From the NCBI GenBank assembly GCA_004431415.1, contig QPMI01000618.1, positions 37,311 through 101,310 of the forward strand: a stretch of 64,000 nt of DNA, in the 5' to 3' direction. The translations under genes and the position numbers were made by a program. The notes beneath the pieces were generated by a model that saw only the letters and a program-made list of their open reading frames with translations, was not told where the DNA came from and searched no databases. This document shows positions 1-13,100 of the stretch, one piece after another. Numbering within the stretch: the stretch's first letter is position 1; every line of letters starts with the position of its first letter. This DNA is from Cyanophora paradoxa CCMP329 (taxonomy: Eukaryota; Plantae; Glaucophyta).

Positions 1-40
1 CCGATCTGATCCGATCTGACCTGATCTGAACTGATCTGAC
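1..40. repeat. 10-bp tandem repeat (CYGATCTGAH) x4 in an intron
   Basis: ccgatctgat ccgatctgac ctgatctgaa ctgatctgac directly before the acceptor AG at 53-54. Confidence 0.8.
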
Positions 41-54
41 CCGGCTGCGCACAG

Positions 55-598
55 CAACCTGGGGGCGGAGCACATCCTGACGGGCGTGACGCCCGAGGGC
101 CACCTCACCTCCGCCGCCCACAACCAGGTCCGACGGGCCTCCGCCCCTCCTCTCTCGCCCAACGCTCCGGTCCTGCCGCCCGCGCCGCCGACGCCGCCGC
201 CCGCGCAGGTGATGGCGGCGGTGAAGCGGCACTTCCGGCCCGAGCTGCTGAACCGCCTGGACGAGGTCGTGGTCTTCGCGCCGCTGAAGCCAGCGGACCT
301 CAAGCAGATCGTCCACCTCCAGCTCGCCGGCGTCTCGAAGCGCCTCGAGGGCCGCGACATCGCGCTGAGCATCACCGACGCCGCCGCGGCGCTCGTGCTG
401 AAGGAGGCCTACGACCCGGTCTTCGGGGCGCGCCCGCTGAAGCGCTACCTCGAGAAGAACGTCGTCACGCGCCTGAGCCGCCTGCTCGTCTCGGGAGAGC
501 TGGAGGACCACATGGCCGTCCGCGTCGACGCCGAGGACGGGCGCCTCGCCGTCCGCCCCGAGGCCCGCTCCCCGGGCAAGCGGCCCCGCACCTCCTAG
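55..598 (+). CDS. clpB: Hsp101/ClpB AAA+ disaggregase, last two exons (5' part outside the window)
   Basis: Exon 55-127 (NLGAEHILTG..AHNQ), GT-AG intron 128-208, exon 209-598 with FRPELLNRLDEVVVFAPL and YDPVFGARPLKRYLEK, the hallmark NBD2/D2-small motifs of ClpB/Hsp101. Confidence 0.93.
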
Positions 599-1228
599 GC
601 CCCCGGCCTCCCCCGCCCTGGCCTGGGCTCCAGATCGAGCTTCGCTTGGACCCGACCTCTTGCTTCTAATTATTTATTCGAATTCATCTCTTTGGGCAGC
701 CCTTTTAGCTAGTCAGACGCTCGGCAGCTCTTTCTCCGATCCTGCGTGTTTGATTGCATTCGAATTCCCTGTAAATAGACGTAGATAGTGTTGCGTAGAC
801 GTAGACAGTTTTGTGAAGTCGATTCTTACAATAGCTGCATGAAACGGCCAAAGTTCGTATACATAAAGCTTAAGTCGATATTAATCTGTGCCCCTTGACC
901 CCTGGAATTAACTAAATACAAGTAATCCAAGGGTGCATTCTTATGAAAGAGTCGTCGGCGTGTCACAGTGTGCCTCATCGTTGCGATGCTGCTCGCCGAG
1001 TCGGGAGGGATCGTGTGAGCTTCATCAACATCTCATCAACATCTGTCACAGTGTGGCTTCTTCCACGAATCACGTTATATAATTATAATTACAATCTTGC
1101 CTGGGCGAGGGTGGCAGGGCGAGGCGGGCGGGGTGGCGAGGCGGAACGAAAACGATGAAGTCTACGCTAGGTTCTGCTTATAATAAATTCATGATTACGT
1201 ATACTCTTCACTGTAAACAGATCTAGAT

Positions 1229-3449
1229 CTAATTAGATCCAATGCGAGAGAACACGTCTATACTATGATATATACCGCGTGGGGGCTCGGGGGGCCTCCC
1301 AGCCGGCGGCTTCGGGGACGACGCGCAGCAGAAGAGGAACGCGAAGAAGCCGCCCTCGCGGCGGCCCCGCTCGCAGCAGCCCTCCCCCCCGCGATCGAAC
1401 TGGTAGTCCTCCCCGAGGTCCAGCTCCAGGTCTGGCTCGGGTCCCAGCTCCAGTCCGGTTGGCTCCTCGCCCTAGAAACGAACGTACGTTTTAACTCGGC
1501 ACGTTCAAATCAAACATGGAAAAAGAAGCCGAATGAAAGGGCGCACGGGGCTCGCGGCTGCTATGAACTCTTGCGCGATTTCTTCCTCAGTGAAAGGCCC
1601 GTCCAGCACTGCGTCCTCTGCAGGAGACGGCGTCACGACAAGGAGGCGCCGCGCGCGCCGAGAGACATTAAGTGTGGAATCAGCTTAAGAGATCTAGAGT
1701 GCTGCGAAGTCAGACTGGGTAAAGCTTGCGGCGCACTGAAAGCGTCGGGGAGAACGAGGGCGCGGAGGGCGAGCTTGATGCCCCCGGCCACCCCGTGCCG
1801 AACCACCTCTGCGAATCGGAGGGCCGATTGTAATCAATGCTTCTGCGCGAGATCGAATATTCGAATCTGAGAGGGTCCGCTCGCTCACTCGCAGAGGCCT
1901 GCTTGGCGAGATGCCTTCCCTGAAGCAGGCCGAATATTACTAAGCTATAAAATTAGATCTGGAGGCCATGCGGAAAGCTGATGATTATCGAAGTTCAATC
2001 TTATGATCATGATCAACGCGGAACAATTATTTAGATCTAGAGGGACCCCGGGAAGGGCGGGCACGAAAAGGGCCGCGACGTCGGACGCCTTGAGTCCCCC
2101 CGACCGGAGCTGGTCGATGCCGCCCCGCGCCTCAAAGTCGGCCTGGCTTCCGGAATTAGGGCGGCCCGGCGCGCGGCCGCTGAGCTCTGGATCGGATGTA
2201 GAAGGGTACGTATACGTGCCGCAAAGTTCTTGGCAGCTTCTGCTGCGACCTCTGCCGCGCCCTGCCGCGCGCGGTATTAGTCAAAGCATGCATGCACGTC
2301 GGCTCATGATCAAAACTGAAAGGCTCGCCTCGCCGATCTCCCAGATGCCTTCCGCTCTTGGCTTGACGGGCAGAGCAATCATGAGCAGTTCCAGCGCTAG
2401 TCTGCGGTCCGGGCCGCAGTCAGTTGGCAGATCTCACACATGTGCAGGAGATCGCACATTCCGCCGTGCTTTGCGATAGCCTTTTTGTCTCTCGCCTGCG
2501 AGGCGATCGCGATTCGCGTCGTGTCCCAAATCGAAAATTTTCTCCAGATCTAGGTAGCCTATATATAGCTGTATGTAGGCACCTTTAATGCGTGCTCGAG
2601 GCCGAGCGATGCGCCGGCGATAGCTGCGGCCGCGGGCGACTCAGGATGAAAATCTGGAAGGGATTAAGGTGAACCGTGAACGGTGCTGCGCACTCCCAGC
2701 GAAAGGCAGCTCAGCGAGTTTCTGCGAGGGCTTTCAGCTCAGCTCGATTAATTAAGCTTCAGTCCGCTGCACGAAATAACTGAACGAATTTAAAAGCGAA
2801 CTTGCCTTGGTCATCTCGTACCGGCACTTGTTCGCGACTTTCCCGAACTGCTTAATGTCACCCTGGAACGCCGCCTCGAAGCCGCCGCGGAGCCACTTCT
2901 CGAACCTGCGCGCAGTCGGAATTTAATCATGTGTGCTCTATAATTATATAAATAGATAGTAGCTGTAAAATCCTAATTATATAAAGAGGCGCGGCACGCA
3001 CTCTTCGACGAGCCCGGCGTAGGCCTGAAGGGACTTGTTGATCCTCTCTCCGATGTAGGGGACCTGTACGAATAATATAATAATATCGATATCCAGAGCG
3101 AGCCTCGGACGGCGTCCGGGGCGGTCGCTATAGCTATCTTAAACGCAGGCCGAAGTCGCTGGATGTTTTATTCGGTTTATTCGCTTGAACTGGAGGGCAA
3201 GCTTAAGCACCGATGCGGCCTTCTCGCCGAGGCTCTTGGCACCCACGGCGCTCAGCTCGATGACGTCTTTGGCTAGGCTAACGTCCGCGAGAAGGCTAAT
3301 GGCCTGCGACATCGCATAATGAGCGCGAATATTTAAACGCTTTGAAGAACAACGTCGAATTCGCGCGCATGTTTGGCCACCATGATCTTCTGCTCCTTAG
3401 TCTCCGCCTGCCTCGCCAGTTGGTAGTTCTGCGCACGCGGCCTTTCCAT
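1229..3449 (-). CDS. Hypothetical protein, about 13 short exons
   Basis: Chain of open segments bounded by AG/GT(GC): MERPRAQNYQLARQAETKEQK, KDVIELSAVGAKSLGEKAAS, VPYIGERINKSLQAYAGLVEE, FEKWLRGGFEAAFQGDIKQF, KLAELPFAG, ARDKKAIAKHGGMCDLLH, LALELLMIALP, ADFEARGGIDQLRSGG, EDAVLDGPFTEEEIAQEF, last exon GEEPTGLELG..FFAFLFCC. No family recognised. Confidence 0.65.
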
Positions 3450-4548
3450 GACTTCGCAGAAGAAGAGCGCGAGGTGAGATCTAGAGGACAAGGTCGTCGA
3501 CGCACCCTCGCGGCCTTTTTCGAGATTTGATCGCCCCTCTGCAGAGACGGAATATTAGTCAGCTGGGAAGTTTATGAGGTCCGCAGACCCCGGCCCGGGC
3601 CCGGCATAGCTCGCGATTGCGAGCTCGCGCTCGCCTCTGCGGCATACTCGTATGTAGAGTGAGCGACCTGAGAGAGAGGGGGGGAGAGAGATTAGGGCGG
3701 GGACGGGCTAACTGAGAGATCTGCAGGCTCCAGGCGAAGGGGGGGAGGGGGGGGGGGGGGGGGGGGCAGGGGGGGCGGGGAGGGAGGCGGGGCGGGGTGG
3801 GGGGAGGGGGAGGGCTGTTCAAACCTTCCTGGCGCCCTTTTTACACTACGCGGCACGCGTGCGGCGGGCAGGCGTACGCGTCAGTGGCCGCAGGCCGGGC
3901 GCCGACTATATATCAAATCATCGGATTATGTATGCAACACACGCCGCGACGCATACGCATTAGGAACGACGCCCGCGCCGACGTCGCCGCCGCACCTTGG
4001 AGAAGCAGTTGGTCATTTCGCGCCTCCTCGCGCTCAGAGTCGGCGTTCACGTCGACGTCGCGCCTATAGCTAGCTAAAGGCCGAGGCCTGCATGCACGCG
4101 TACGCCCAGCTCCGCAGCCGTATAAATGCTCAGCAGGGTCTACTAGCTATAGGCTAACCCAAATTGGAGATGGCAGCGACGCTTAGCGTCTGTGTTTGTC
4201 TTAAAAGCTTGCAGGCCGCGGCCGCGGCCGGTCGCAGTTGCCGCAGTGCAGGCTCGCAGCTGCCGAGCCTTCGAATTCCGACGTCGACACCAGAGCTTTT
4301 GACCGTCGGACACCCGGTGAGCAGCGCTTAGCGCGGCTAGCGCTGCATCTGCGGCCTAGGAGTCCTACTCCGCCAGCGGCCGCGCGCGGATGATCCCGGA
4401 CGGCGACGGCGGCGGAGCTCGAACCCGCGCCGCCCGGCCTGCGGTCCAGCTGCTGAGTCAGTGCTGACTCGCCGCGGCGCGGCCCGCGCGGGTCCGCTCA
4501 CTGAGTCAGCGGCTGGCCCGCCGCTGGAGGCGGCTGGAGTCGCTGGAC

Positions 4549-4683
4549 CAGGCTTCAACGCGGCTTGCAATTGCACTTCAAGGTTTGTACCACTCAAGGG
4601 GTACCAGTATCTTCAAGGCTGCGGCCCACTCAGGCTTCAACGCGGCTTGCAATTGCACTTCAAGGTTTGTACCACTCAAGGGG
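4549..4683. repeat. Two identical 53-bp direct repeats (4549-4601, 4631-4683) with a 29-bp spacer
   Basis: CAGGCTTCAACGCGGCTTGCAATTGCACTTCAAGGTTTGTACCACTCAAGGGG occurs twice. Confidence 0.9.
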
Positions 4684-6072
4684 GCCCAGCCGACGGCGCC
4701 GGCCGTCTCCCGCCGTCGACGTCGGGCCGCGAGTCCCCGGCGCCCGGCTCCGAGGCGAGTTCGCGATCGCGAGCCTCCGAGGCTCCGGAGTCCGGAGTCC
4801 GGAATCCGGATCCCGGAATCATGAATCATTTTGAATCATGATCAGCTGCAGCTGCAGCCTGCAGGCTGCCACAGCCTGCCAGGCTGCAGCGGCTTGCAAG
4901 TTGCAATTGCCGGCGCATTCTTGCACATGCGCTTGCAGGCCTAGGCCATTAAATATTGCAGGCTAATTATCATGACTGCCCGCGGCCGGGCTAGCCTGTG
5001 AGTCAGAGACAGCGTATACGTAGTACGTACGCGTGCACCGCCGTGCAGACCGTCGGACGGCGCGCGCCCGGCCCGGCCCGCGCGCGCGGCGCCGGCGAGT
5101 CGGCCGAGCCCGGCGGGGCGCTCCAAAGCCGCGCCTGCGCATGCTGCGTGACTCTGCGTCAAATTCAATGATTCGAGATAGTACGTAGCTAGTAGGCTTC
5201 AAGGCTTATCTAGTAACATTCTAGTTTAATTTCGCGGGAAGCGGCCGCCGCCGGCCGCGGGCCCGCGGCCCGCCGCCGGCCGGGAATTCGAATCCGGAAC
5301 TTTCGCCTGACCGAGAGTCGAACTTGATCCGAAAGTTCCGAAACCGGGGTACCATTCTATTAAGACCACTTCTTCATGATCATCATCAAGACTTCAACGT
5401 TAACGGCTGCGTCTCCTCGAGCTCATCGATATCACTCAGTCACTCCGTGACTGGCAATCCGTGTCCCAGACTCCCAGTGTACAGTGTACTGCGCCAACTA
5501 GTACTCTAAATCTGCGACTCTGCTTAGAGTCTGCTGCGCCGCGCGGCCCGCGGCCGCCGCGCCGGGCGCCGGGCCGAGCGCGTCCGACGGTCCAGACTCC
5601 CGACAGCCGCAGCTCATGATCAGCGGCTTCAGTCTAGCCGCTGAGCGCCGCACCAGCCTGGCAGCGCAGGCACATGTACCGCGGCCGGTACAGCTGCAGC
5701 TGCAGGCACCGAATTTGAATTCGAAACCGTCACGTGCACGCTGCTGCATGTGATTCATGATCAAATATACGCCAACGGTACGTATACGTACTCCCGCGCA
5801 CGGACGCCGGTCAGCGCAGGCTGCGCTGCGCATGCCGCCGCCGCCGGCCTGCCGCCGCGCATGCCGCGGCCTTCCGGTCCGATTTGAAAATTTAAACTAA
5901 CGGCCGGTCGCCTACGTACAGGCCTAGGCCTAGACCTCATGCTAGGCCCGGCCCATGCATATGCGCAGCGATTGCGGTCATGCGTATGCGTAGGCACATC
6001 CGCGCGCACGGGCTTCAGACTTCATGATCACCTCCGAGGCTCCCTGATCATGAGCGCAGCAATTGCAAGTTC

Positions 6073-7069
6073 ATGGGCCGCGCGGGCTCTGCTGTGACGT
6101 GCGCGACCCGCAAGCTGCCCGCGCACCGTGCCATTGTGGCGACGTCGACTGATCATGATTATCGGATCATGAAGCCCCGCTTAATGTTATCCTGCCCCGC
6201 AGATCTAGACCGGCGGCCAAGCTGGCGAGGCCGGATCCTGAGCGGCTCGAGCTCGCCGCGGCACTCTTCTTAAGCTTGGCCTTCCTTGTTGCCCTCTCGT
6301 CCCTTCCCGGGGCCGCCCTCGCACGCGGTTCGGCCTTCGAAAATTCCCTCCGAATCCAGATCCATGGCTCCGGCAGGCAGGCTGATCACGAGGCGCCCCC
6401 GCAGGCGCAACGCTTTCGTACCTTGGCAACCTGACAGTGACGGCCCTCCCAAACCCCCCCGGCGCCCCCGGCGTGCGGCCTGAGGTGCGACGCTGTGTTG
6501 AAAGAATCACGACGCCTCGCCCCGCCGCCCGCCCGCGGCCGGCCCTCTCAAAACGTCGGGCCGCGCCGCGTATCCCGGACAGAACCGCTACGCCGCGGGA
6601 GGGGCGCTCTCCTACAACCTCACCGAGCTCCGAGCCGGCGGGACGCCCCGCGTGGGCTTCTTCACCGGTGCGTGCTGCCCCTAGCCTAGGCCTACAGCTA
6701 TCAGCCTCAAGCACAGATGCCGACCGCGGGCGTGGCTGACGTGGGGCCGCGGGCCGGGCCGGGCCGGGCCCGGGCGCGCAGTGGGGGGCCTGCAAGCCCC
6801 GGAGAGCGTCGTGCGGGAGTACCGCCTGAGCGACCCGAGCCCCGCCAACGCGCTCAAGTGGAGCGCCACGAGTGTCGTGCGCCCCCCACGCCCCACGCCC
6901 CGGCCCACGCCGTCTTCGTCCCTTGCGAGGGACATCTCGCTCGCGCAGGGCGCCTCGACGACGCTCTTCGGGTGGGGGGTCGTGAGCGTCACGACGGGGG
7001 AGGAAGATGGTGCAGCTTCGAGATTCTACCCCCATACTTCTCCCACCAGCCCCCCCCCCCCCCCCCCCC

Positions 7070-7108
<39 letters not shown>

Positions 7109-10100
7109 GCACCCCTTCCCCGCCTTCCCCCTCCGACCCCCGCCTCGCCCTGCCCTTCCCCCTCCCCCTCCCCCCACCCAGCCCTCCCCCCTCCTTCCCC
7201 CTCCAAAAAAAACCCACCCAACCCGCGCCTCGCCTTGCCTCCCCCGCCCGCCCCGGCCTGCCTCGCCCGCCCCTCCACTCAAACTCCCCTCCCCTCTCCT
7301 CCCCTCCCCTCTAACCTCTACACCACGGCCCGCCCTCCCCGCTCCGCTTTTGCCGACTCGCCGTGCTCTGCAGGCACGGTGTACTTCATCGGCGGGGCAG
7401 ACGACATCGGCGGGGCGCAGAACGGCAACGACTACCGCAACCCACGCAACCGGTTGACCCGCTTCCGTGCGCCCGACCTCGAGCTCCACTTTCAAGTTTC
7501 CCTTCGCATATTCGTCCCTGCGTTTACCCCCTACTCTTCAATCCTTCCCCTCCCCCGCCCCTCTCCATCCCTCCCCTTTTCTGCCCCTCCCCGCCGCCCC
7601 CCCGCCCCCCCCCCCCCCCCAAAAAAAAGGCATCTCCGCACCCGGCCCCGACGCCCGCCAAAACGGTCCGTCGTACAGGCAACGGAGTGTATGCGGCGCT
7701 GGCCGGCCTGCCGCGCCCGGCGGTCTTCTCAGCGGCCGTGTACGACCGGCGGCGCCAGCACATCGTCGTCCTCGCCGGCACGCCCTGCTACGCCGACAAC
7801 CGCCAGGCCCGCGCGCCTCTCCCCTCGGCAGCTGCAGCGCGCCTGACGGTTTCGCCCCGCGCAGTACGGGCTCGAGACGCTCGTCGACCCGCTTAGCTTC
7901 GTCTATAACGGGTGCGCCCTCCGGATCCGTAGCCGCCCTTCTTCCCCCCCTTCGTCTTCCTCCCTCCCTCCCCCCCCTCCCCCCCCCCCCTTCCCCTCTC
8001 TCCCTCCCTGAAGCGCTCCCCGCCATTTCTGCCGCTGATCATGACCTGGCTCCCGCGCGCGCAGGTGCAACGATATCCTTTATTACTCGGTGGAATCCAA
8101 CGCCTGGACCCGCGCCGTCGACCACGATCCCTCGTGCGCCCCGCCTGCCGTGCATGCGCCCCCCACGGCCAGCGCATGTGCGCTCGCCCACCTCTGACCG
8201 GGGCCGCGACGTCGACACGGGCAGGCACCCGTTTCTGAACGGGAAGGGGCTGCGGTCCCCTGTGGCGGCCATCTACGGCGACCGCGTCTTCCTCCACGGC
8301 GTCCGCCCCGCCCCGTCTAAGAATTATACTTCTACTTAAGCCTATCGAGATTGTTTTACGTCTTATTAACCCAGCCTCGGCGCTCTATCGTCTTCCCGTC
8401 CTCACCTCGCCCTCTCATTTCCCCGCAGGGCTTCCTGGGGGACTTCGCGACGCTGGGACACGTCTCGGCTCAGGTCGCCTTCGCCGATCTCGGCGACCTC
8501 GCCGCCGGCTGGCGCCAGGCGCGACCCGGCCCTCCGCCCCCCCCCCCCCCCCTCCCTCCCCCCTCCCGCCTCCCCCCTCCCGCCTCCCCCTGCCCACCTC
8601 CCCCTGGCCGCCCCGGCCCACATTTGCAGCAGCTTGGCTTTGGGCTCCAAATTCAAAGCTGAGACGTTTGCGGCAGGTTTCGGTGGCTGGCCCCCAGAAG
8701 CGGGGCGTCGTGGCCTCCTTCGTCTGCGGGCGCTTCTTCTTCTCCATAGGTCTGAGCCGGGCCCCAGAGCCATGACCAGGGCCGTCCGCCCTCGAGCCTT
8801 TACGATTCGATCCTTCGCTGAGCGCGCGGGTCGCGATCCCCCGCGACGGGCTGCGCAGGGGCGCCGCCGCCGGCCTCGGTGCTCCCCGCCGGTTCCTGGG
8901 GCATCTCCGCCACCGATATCGGTGCGCGGCCCCGCCAACCTCGAATTTTCAGGGAAATGCTCGCACAACGTTAACGTACAGGCTAGCCAGCGCGCCTTTC
9001 ATTTGATTTGATGCGCGTATATACGTACAGGCTACAACGAGACGGGGTACAGCGACGCCGCCTTTCTGGACCTTTCGTCCCTCTCCAACGATGGCGGCAC
9101 CTACTCCCTCGCCCCATGGGGCCGCCTCCCCATCGCCGGCGACCCCGCAGACCTGGTCCGAGTCTCTTGCGGCTTCAATGTGCGAAATAAGATGTTCGAT
9201 GAACGCGCCGCGCCCCAGTTCATCTTGGAGCGGGCGTACGCGACGGACTCGCGGGAGCCGCGGGGCTTCTCGGGGTGGGCCCCCCTCCCTGTCGAGCTGT
9301 ACGGCAAGTGCGGGGTTCGCGCGCTTTCCTCCCTTCTTACCTTCGCGCGGCGCCTTTAGGCTTCTCCGGCTCTGCAGCCATCTGAATCGATGTATATTGG
9401 ATCCGGCCAGATCCTAGCGTACTCGAACCAGGACGTGATTCTCAAGGTGGCGACCATCACCCTCGAGACGCCCTCCGGCTCCGGCTCGGGCTCCTTCGGT
9501 CCGCCCTCTTCTAGAACGCTTTTGAACTCTAAACCGCGAGCCTGTCAGGCGGCCGCGCTAAATTATACGTATACTATGATATACGCCCTCTGATAAATTC
9601 TGTTTTTTAAACGTGTTTGAACGCTTTCCTGTTGAATTCGCAAACCGGCCGCGCGCCTGGCAGGTTGGGGGGCCCTCGACGCGACGTCGACGGTGGCTTG
9701 CCAGACCGTGCAGGTCTACCGCATGGCCAACTGCACCTTCGCACCGCGGTGCGTCTCGAGCTCGAGCTCGCCTTCGCAGTCTCCGATCGCGACGCCATTG
9801 GCACTGGTGGGTTCGCAAACGCAGGAGCGCGGGCGCCGCGATTTCGTACCCGGCTCAGTCGGTGCGGCTGGCGTACGAGGTGCACCCGACGGGCCTCAAT
9901 GCGACGCGGCGCCGGAACGTCATATGGGGCGAGAATTCCATTTCCCAGGCAAGCCGGCCGCCCGGTCTGAGACCGGTTGTGGGCGCCCCAGGCCTCCGAA
10001 GTAATCGTGAGCCGCGCGCAGGCTATCCCCTTCCAGTTCTGGACGGGGAGCTCTGTCGGCACCGGTGCGTGTCCGCTGCTTTTGCAATTAATTTGGGTTT

Positions 10101-13100
10101 GGGTTTGAATTCAAAATCATGATTACGGGCTTTGCTGATATATATTGATGGACTCCGCAGCACGCTTCTTCCTCGACGGCGCCAGCCTCGCGTCGGTCCC
10201 CATCGTCGCGAACCCCGCCCCAGGCGCGCCGCCTTCTTCAAATTCCTCGCTTGTCATTAAATGCAAGGTCTGAGCGCGGCCGGCGAGCACAGGCCCAAAC
10301 GGGACGGCGGTGCAGGGGATGCTGACGTTCCACACGCTCCCGACGGACTCGGGCCCGAACCTGCCCTGGCGGCGCGGCGGCGCCGGCGCGGCCCTCTACT
10401 ACAACCGCTCGGCCGCGGGCGGGTCCGACGAGCCCCGCCTCGGCGTCTATGTCGGTGCCCGCTTTCCCCTCAGGCTCTGGAATAAATACGAGGGCCTGCC
10501 CAGACTGCAGCTGACGCCGGCGCCGTAAATGTCCATGCGCAGTCGGCGGGTCGCAGCAGATTCCGAGCCTGCCCTCCCACCTCCTGCAGAGTGACCCCCT
10601 CATCTACGAGTACCGCATTCCTGGTAACCGAATTGCAAATTCGTTTACGGCTCACCTCGCATCGCTCAAGAGACCGCGCGCTCGGCCGCAGACCCCGCGG
10701 CGCCGACGAGCGATCCGGGCCCGGGGTGGCAGGCCCCGTACACGGGGCAGGCCGCCGCGTTCGGCTTCGCGACGACCGGCGTCTCCGCCGTCGACGACGA
10801 AGGCACCGTCTACTTTGTGGGCGGCTCGACCATGCACAGGTGACCCCTTTTCGGCTTGGTTTGGACAGGATAAGGCACTTCAATTTATATCTTGTTTGCC
10901 ATGGGCACGCCCATGTGCAGCTCGACCCCCAACAACTGGCTCGGGAGAGTCCGTGCGCACCCGCGGCCGCCCTCGAGCTCGAGCTCGTCACGATCGTCCG
11001 CCCTGCTGATCATGAGGCGTGAGCAGGGAACGGAAATCTGACGATGCTGCCGACGATGCCGCGCATCTCGTTCTTCCACACGGCCCTCTACGATAAGAAG
11101 CGGAAGTGGATCCTCGTCGCCGCCGGTGCCGTCTGCTACGACGGTGCGAGCTCAAGAAAGGACCGATCGCAAGATCCTTCGGCCAGCGCGCTCACGGTAA
11201 TTCGAATTGCATGGACAGGTAATCCAATGTACGCCCCTGGCTACGTTGACCCAGCGTACGAGGACCAGAATTTCAACACGTGCGCTTTTCTTTAGTAATA
11301 TAATTAGCTAATTAGCTTCCATTCCGCGGGGCGCACCGCTCTATTCCGCGGGGCGCACCGCGGAACTCGTGATCACGTTCGATAAGAGCTGGCGCTCTTA
11401 ATTATAATGAGCCGGCGCCAGGTGCAATGACATCATGCGATTTGACGTGACAAGCAACGCGTGGGACGTTCCGTACCCCCACAACCCGTCCGGGCGCATG
11501 CCGCCGCGCCGCAACGCACTCGGTGCTCTCTACAACGACCGCTTCTACATTTTCTCCGTGCGGCCCGACGTCGACCGGCCTGCATTTGCGGTCGCATTTC
11601 CGCTCAAGCTGACTGCGATTGTGATATCCGGCAGGGCTACCGGCGAGATCTGCCGTGGACCGACCTTGCCTTGGCTGATCTGTACTTCGCCGAACTCTCT
11701 GACCTCGCCGCCGGCTGGCGCAAGGTACTTGTTGAGAGAACCGTGTTCAGATATCGATATCATTATATATACCGCGCTCGCTGATTAATCCGGATCCGAT
11801 GATCTGCCGGGCGCTCGAAGGTGGCGATCTCCGGGCCCCAGAAGCGCGGCGTGGACGGCGTCGCGTTCATGTGCCGCTCCTTCTTCGTCGTGGTCCAGTC
11901 TCCGAACCCCGCAGGGGCCAGCCCCGGCGAGATCGGGCTCGGGGAGAGCCCCTGGCGCCACGCCGTCTACCTCGACCTCGACACCGTGCGGCCCAACGCG
12001 AACGCCTCCGTCGACGGAAACTACACCGTGCCCGCTGCTGTTGACGTCGATTATAGCGTGTCGATCGCTTAAACCTGAAGGCCGCACAGGTAAACGGGTG
12101 GGGTCGCATACCCCTCGTACCACACGACGCGGCGCCGGTGTGGCAGACGGCGCACTGGTACACCTCCACAGATACCACTTCACGTACGCCATCTTTTCCC
12201 TTCTCGTCCAATGAGCGGCTTTCGTTGTACCCAATCGCTGAATCTCGCCGCAGTGCCGCCGCGGCCCCGCTCCCAGATCTAGATGACCGCTGCGGCGTGC
12301 GCAAGAGCTTTCGAAATCATTCGAGCTGTCCTGTATTTCTTGTTGATAGTCCGTCGCAGTTCTTTGCGTTCGCGCACTTCATCTACAGCTATATGGTCCC
12401 CGTCCCCATCAACGTTCTCGCGGTGTACATGGGCGAGATAGAGCCATCAGACCTCCGTGAGCTCAATTTCGTAGCTTCCTGGCTTTCCGCATGTTTCTGA
12501 TCATGACGCTTTAATGTTCGCAGCGTACACGAGTGCGCGTGAATTGATTGTCATGAATATCTGTGCATGCGCATACCCCATAGCGTCCCTTGCGCTCTCT
12601 AGATCTCTGACGTCCGCAGAGCTCGACGGGACCTCGGTGGTGGCGTGCCCAGCAAATGCAATTGCGCCCGGCGGCTCCCTCACGTGCACCTTCATCCCGC
12701 GGTCAGCGCGTCTCCCTTCCTTTGAATCTCTCTACGTTCGCCAGCCTCCAATTCTAATCGATTTCTCTGCTCTGCACAGACGCCTTGGCGTGTCGACGTT
12801 CTTCGCCGAAGGGCGCGCCAACCTCTCGCTCGCAGTCGACGGCGGCGTGCCCATCAGCGGCTCGAGCTCTGGGCGCCGCCTCGCCGCCGCCAGCTGCGGC
12901 TACGTTCCACCCATCGTGTCTTCCACGCAAGCCTCCCTCTCGCCCTCGCAAGCAATTACCAGCGTGCGCCCTCTGACCTCGTGCACTTAATTTTCCAACT
13001 GGTCTCTTTGCCCCGTTTATGATTTCGATCGCAGTCGTTCAACTTCACGTACGTTGCTGGGACGACCCCCGGCTGCGGTCGGCGCTGCCTTGCGTCTGCG

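Noticed and set aside
4549-4683. Repeat-spacer-repeat resembling a minimal CRISPR array
   Set aside because: Only two repeats, 53 bp long, the spacer shares CTTCAAGG with the repeat, there are no cas genes, and the context is eukaryotic.
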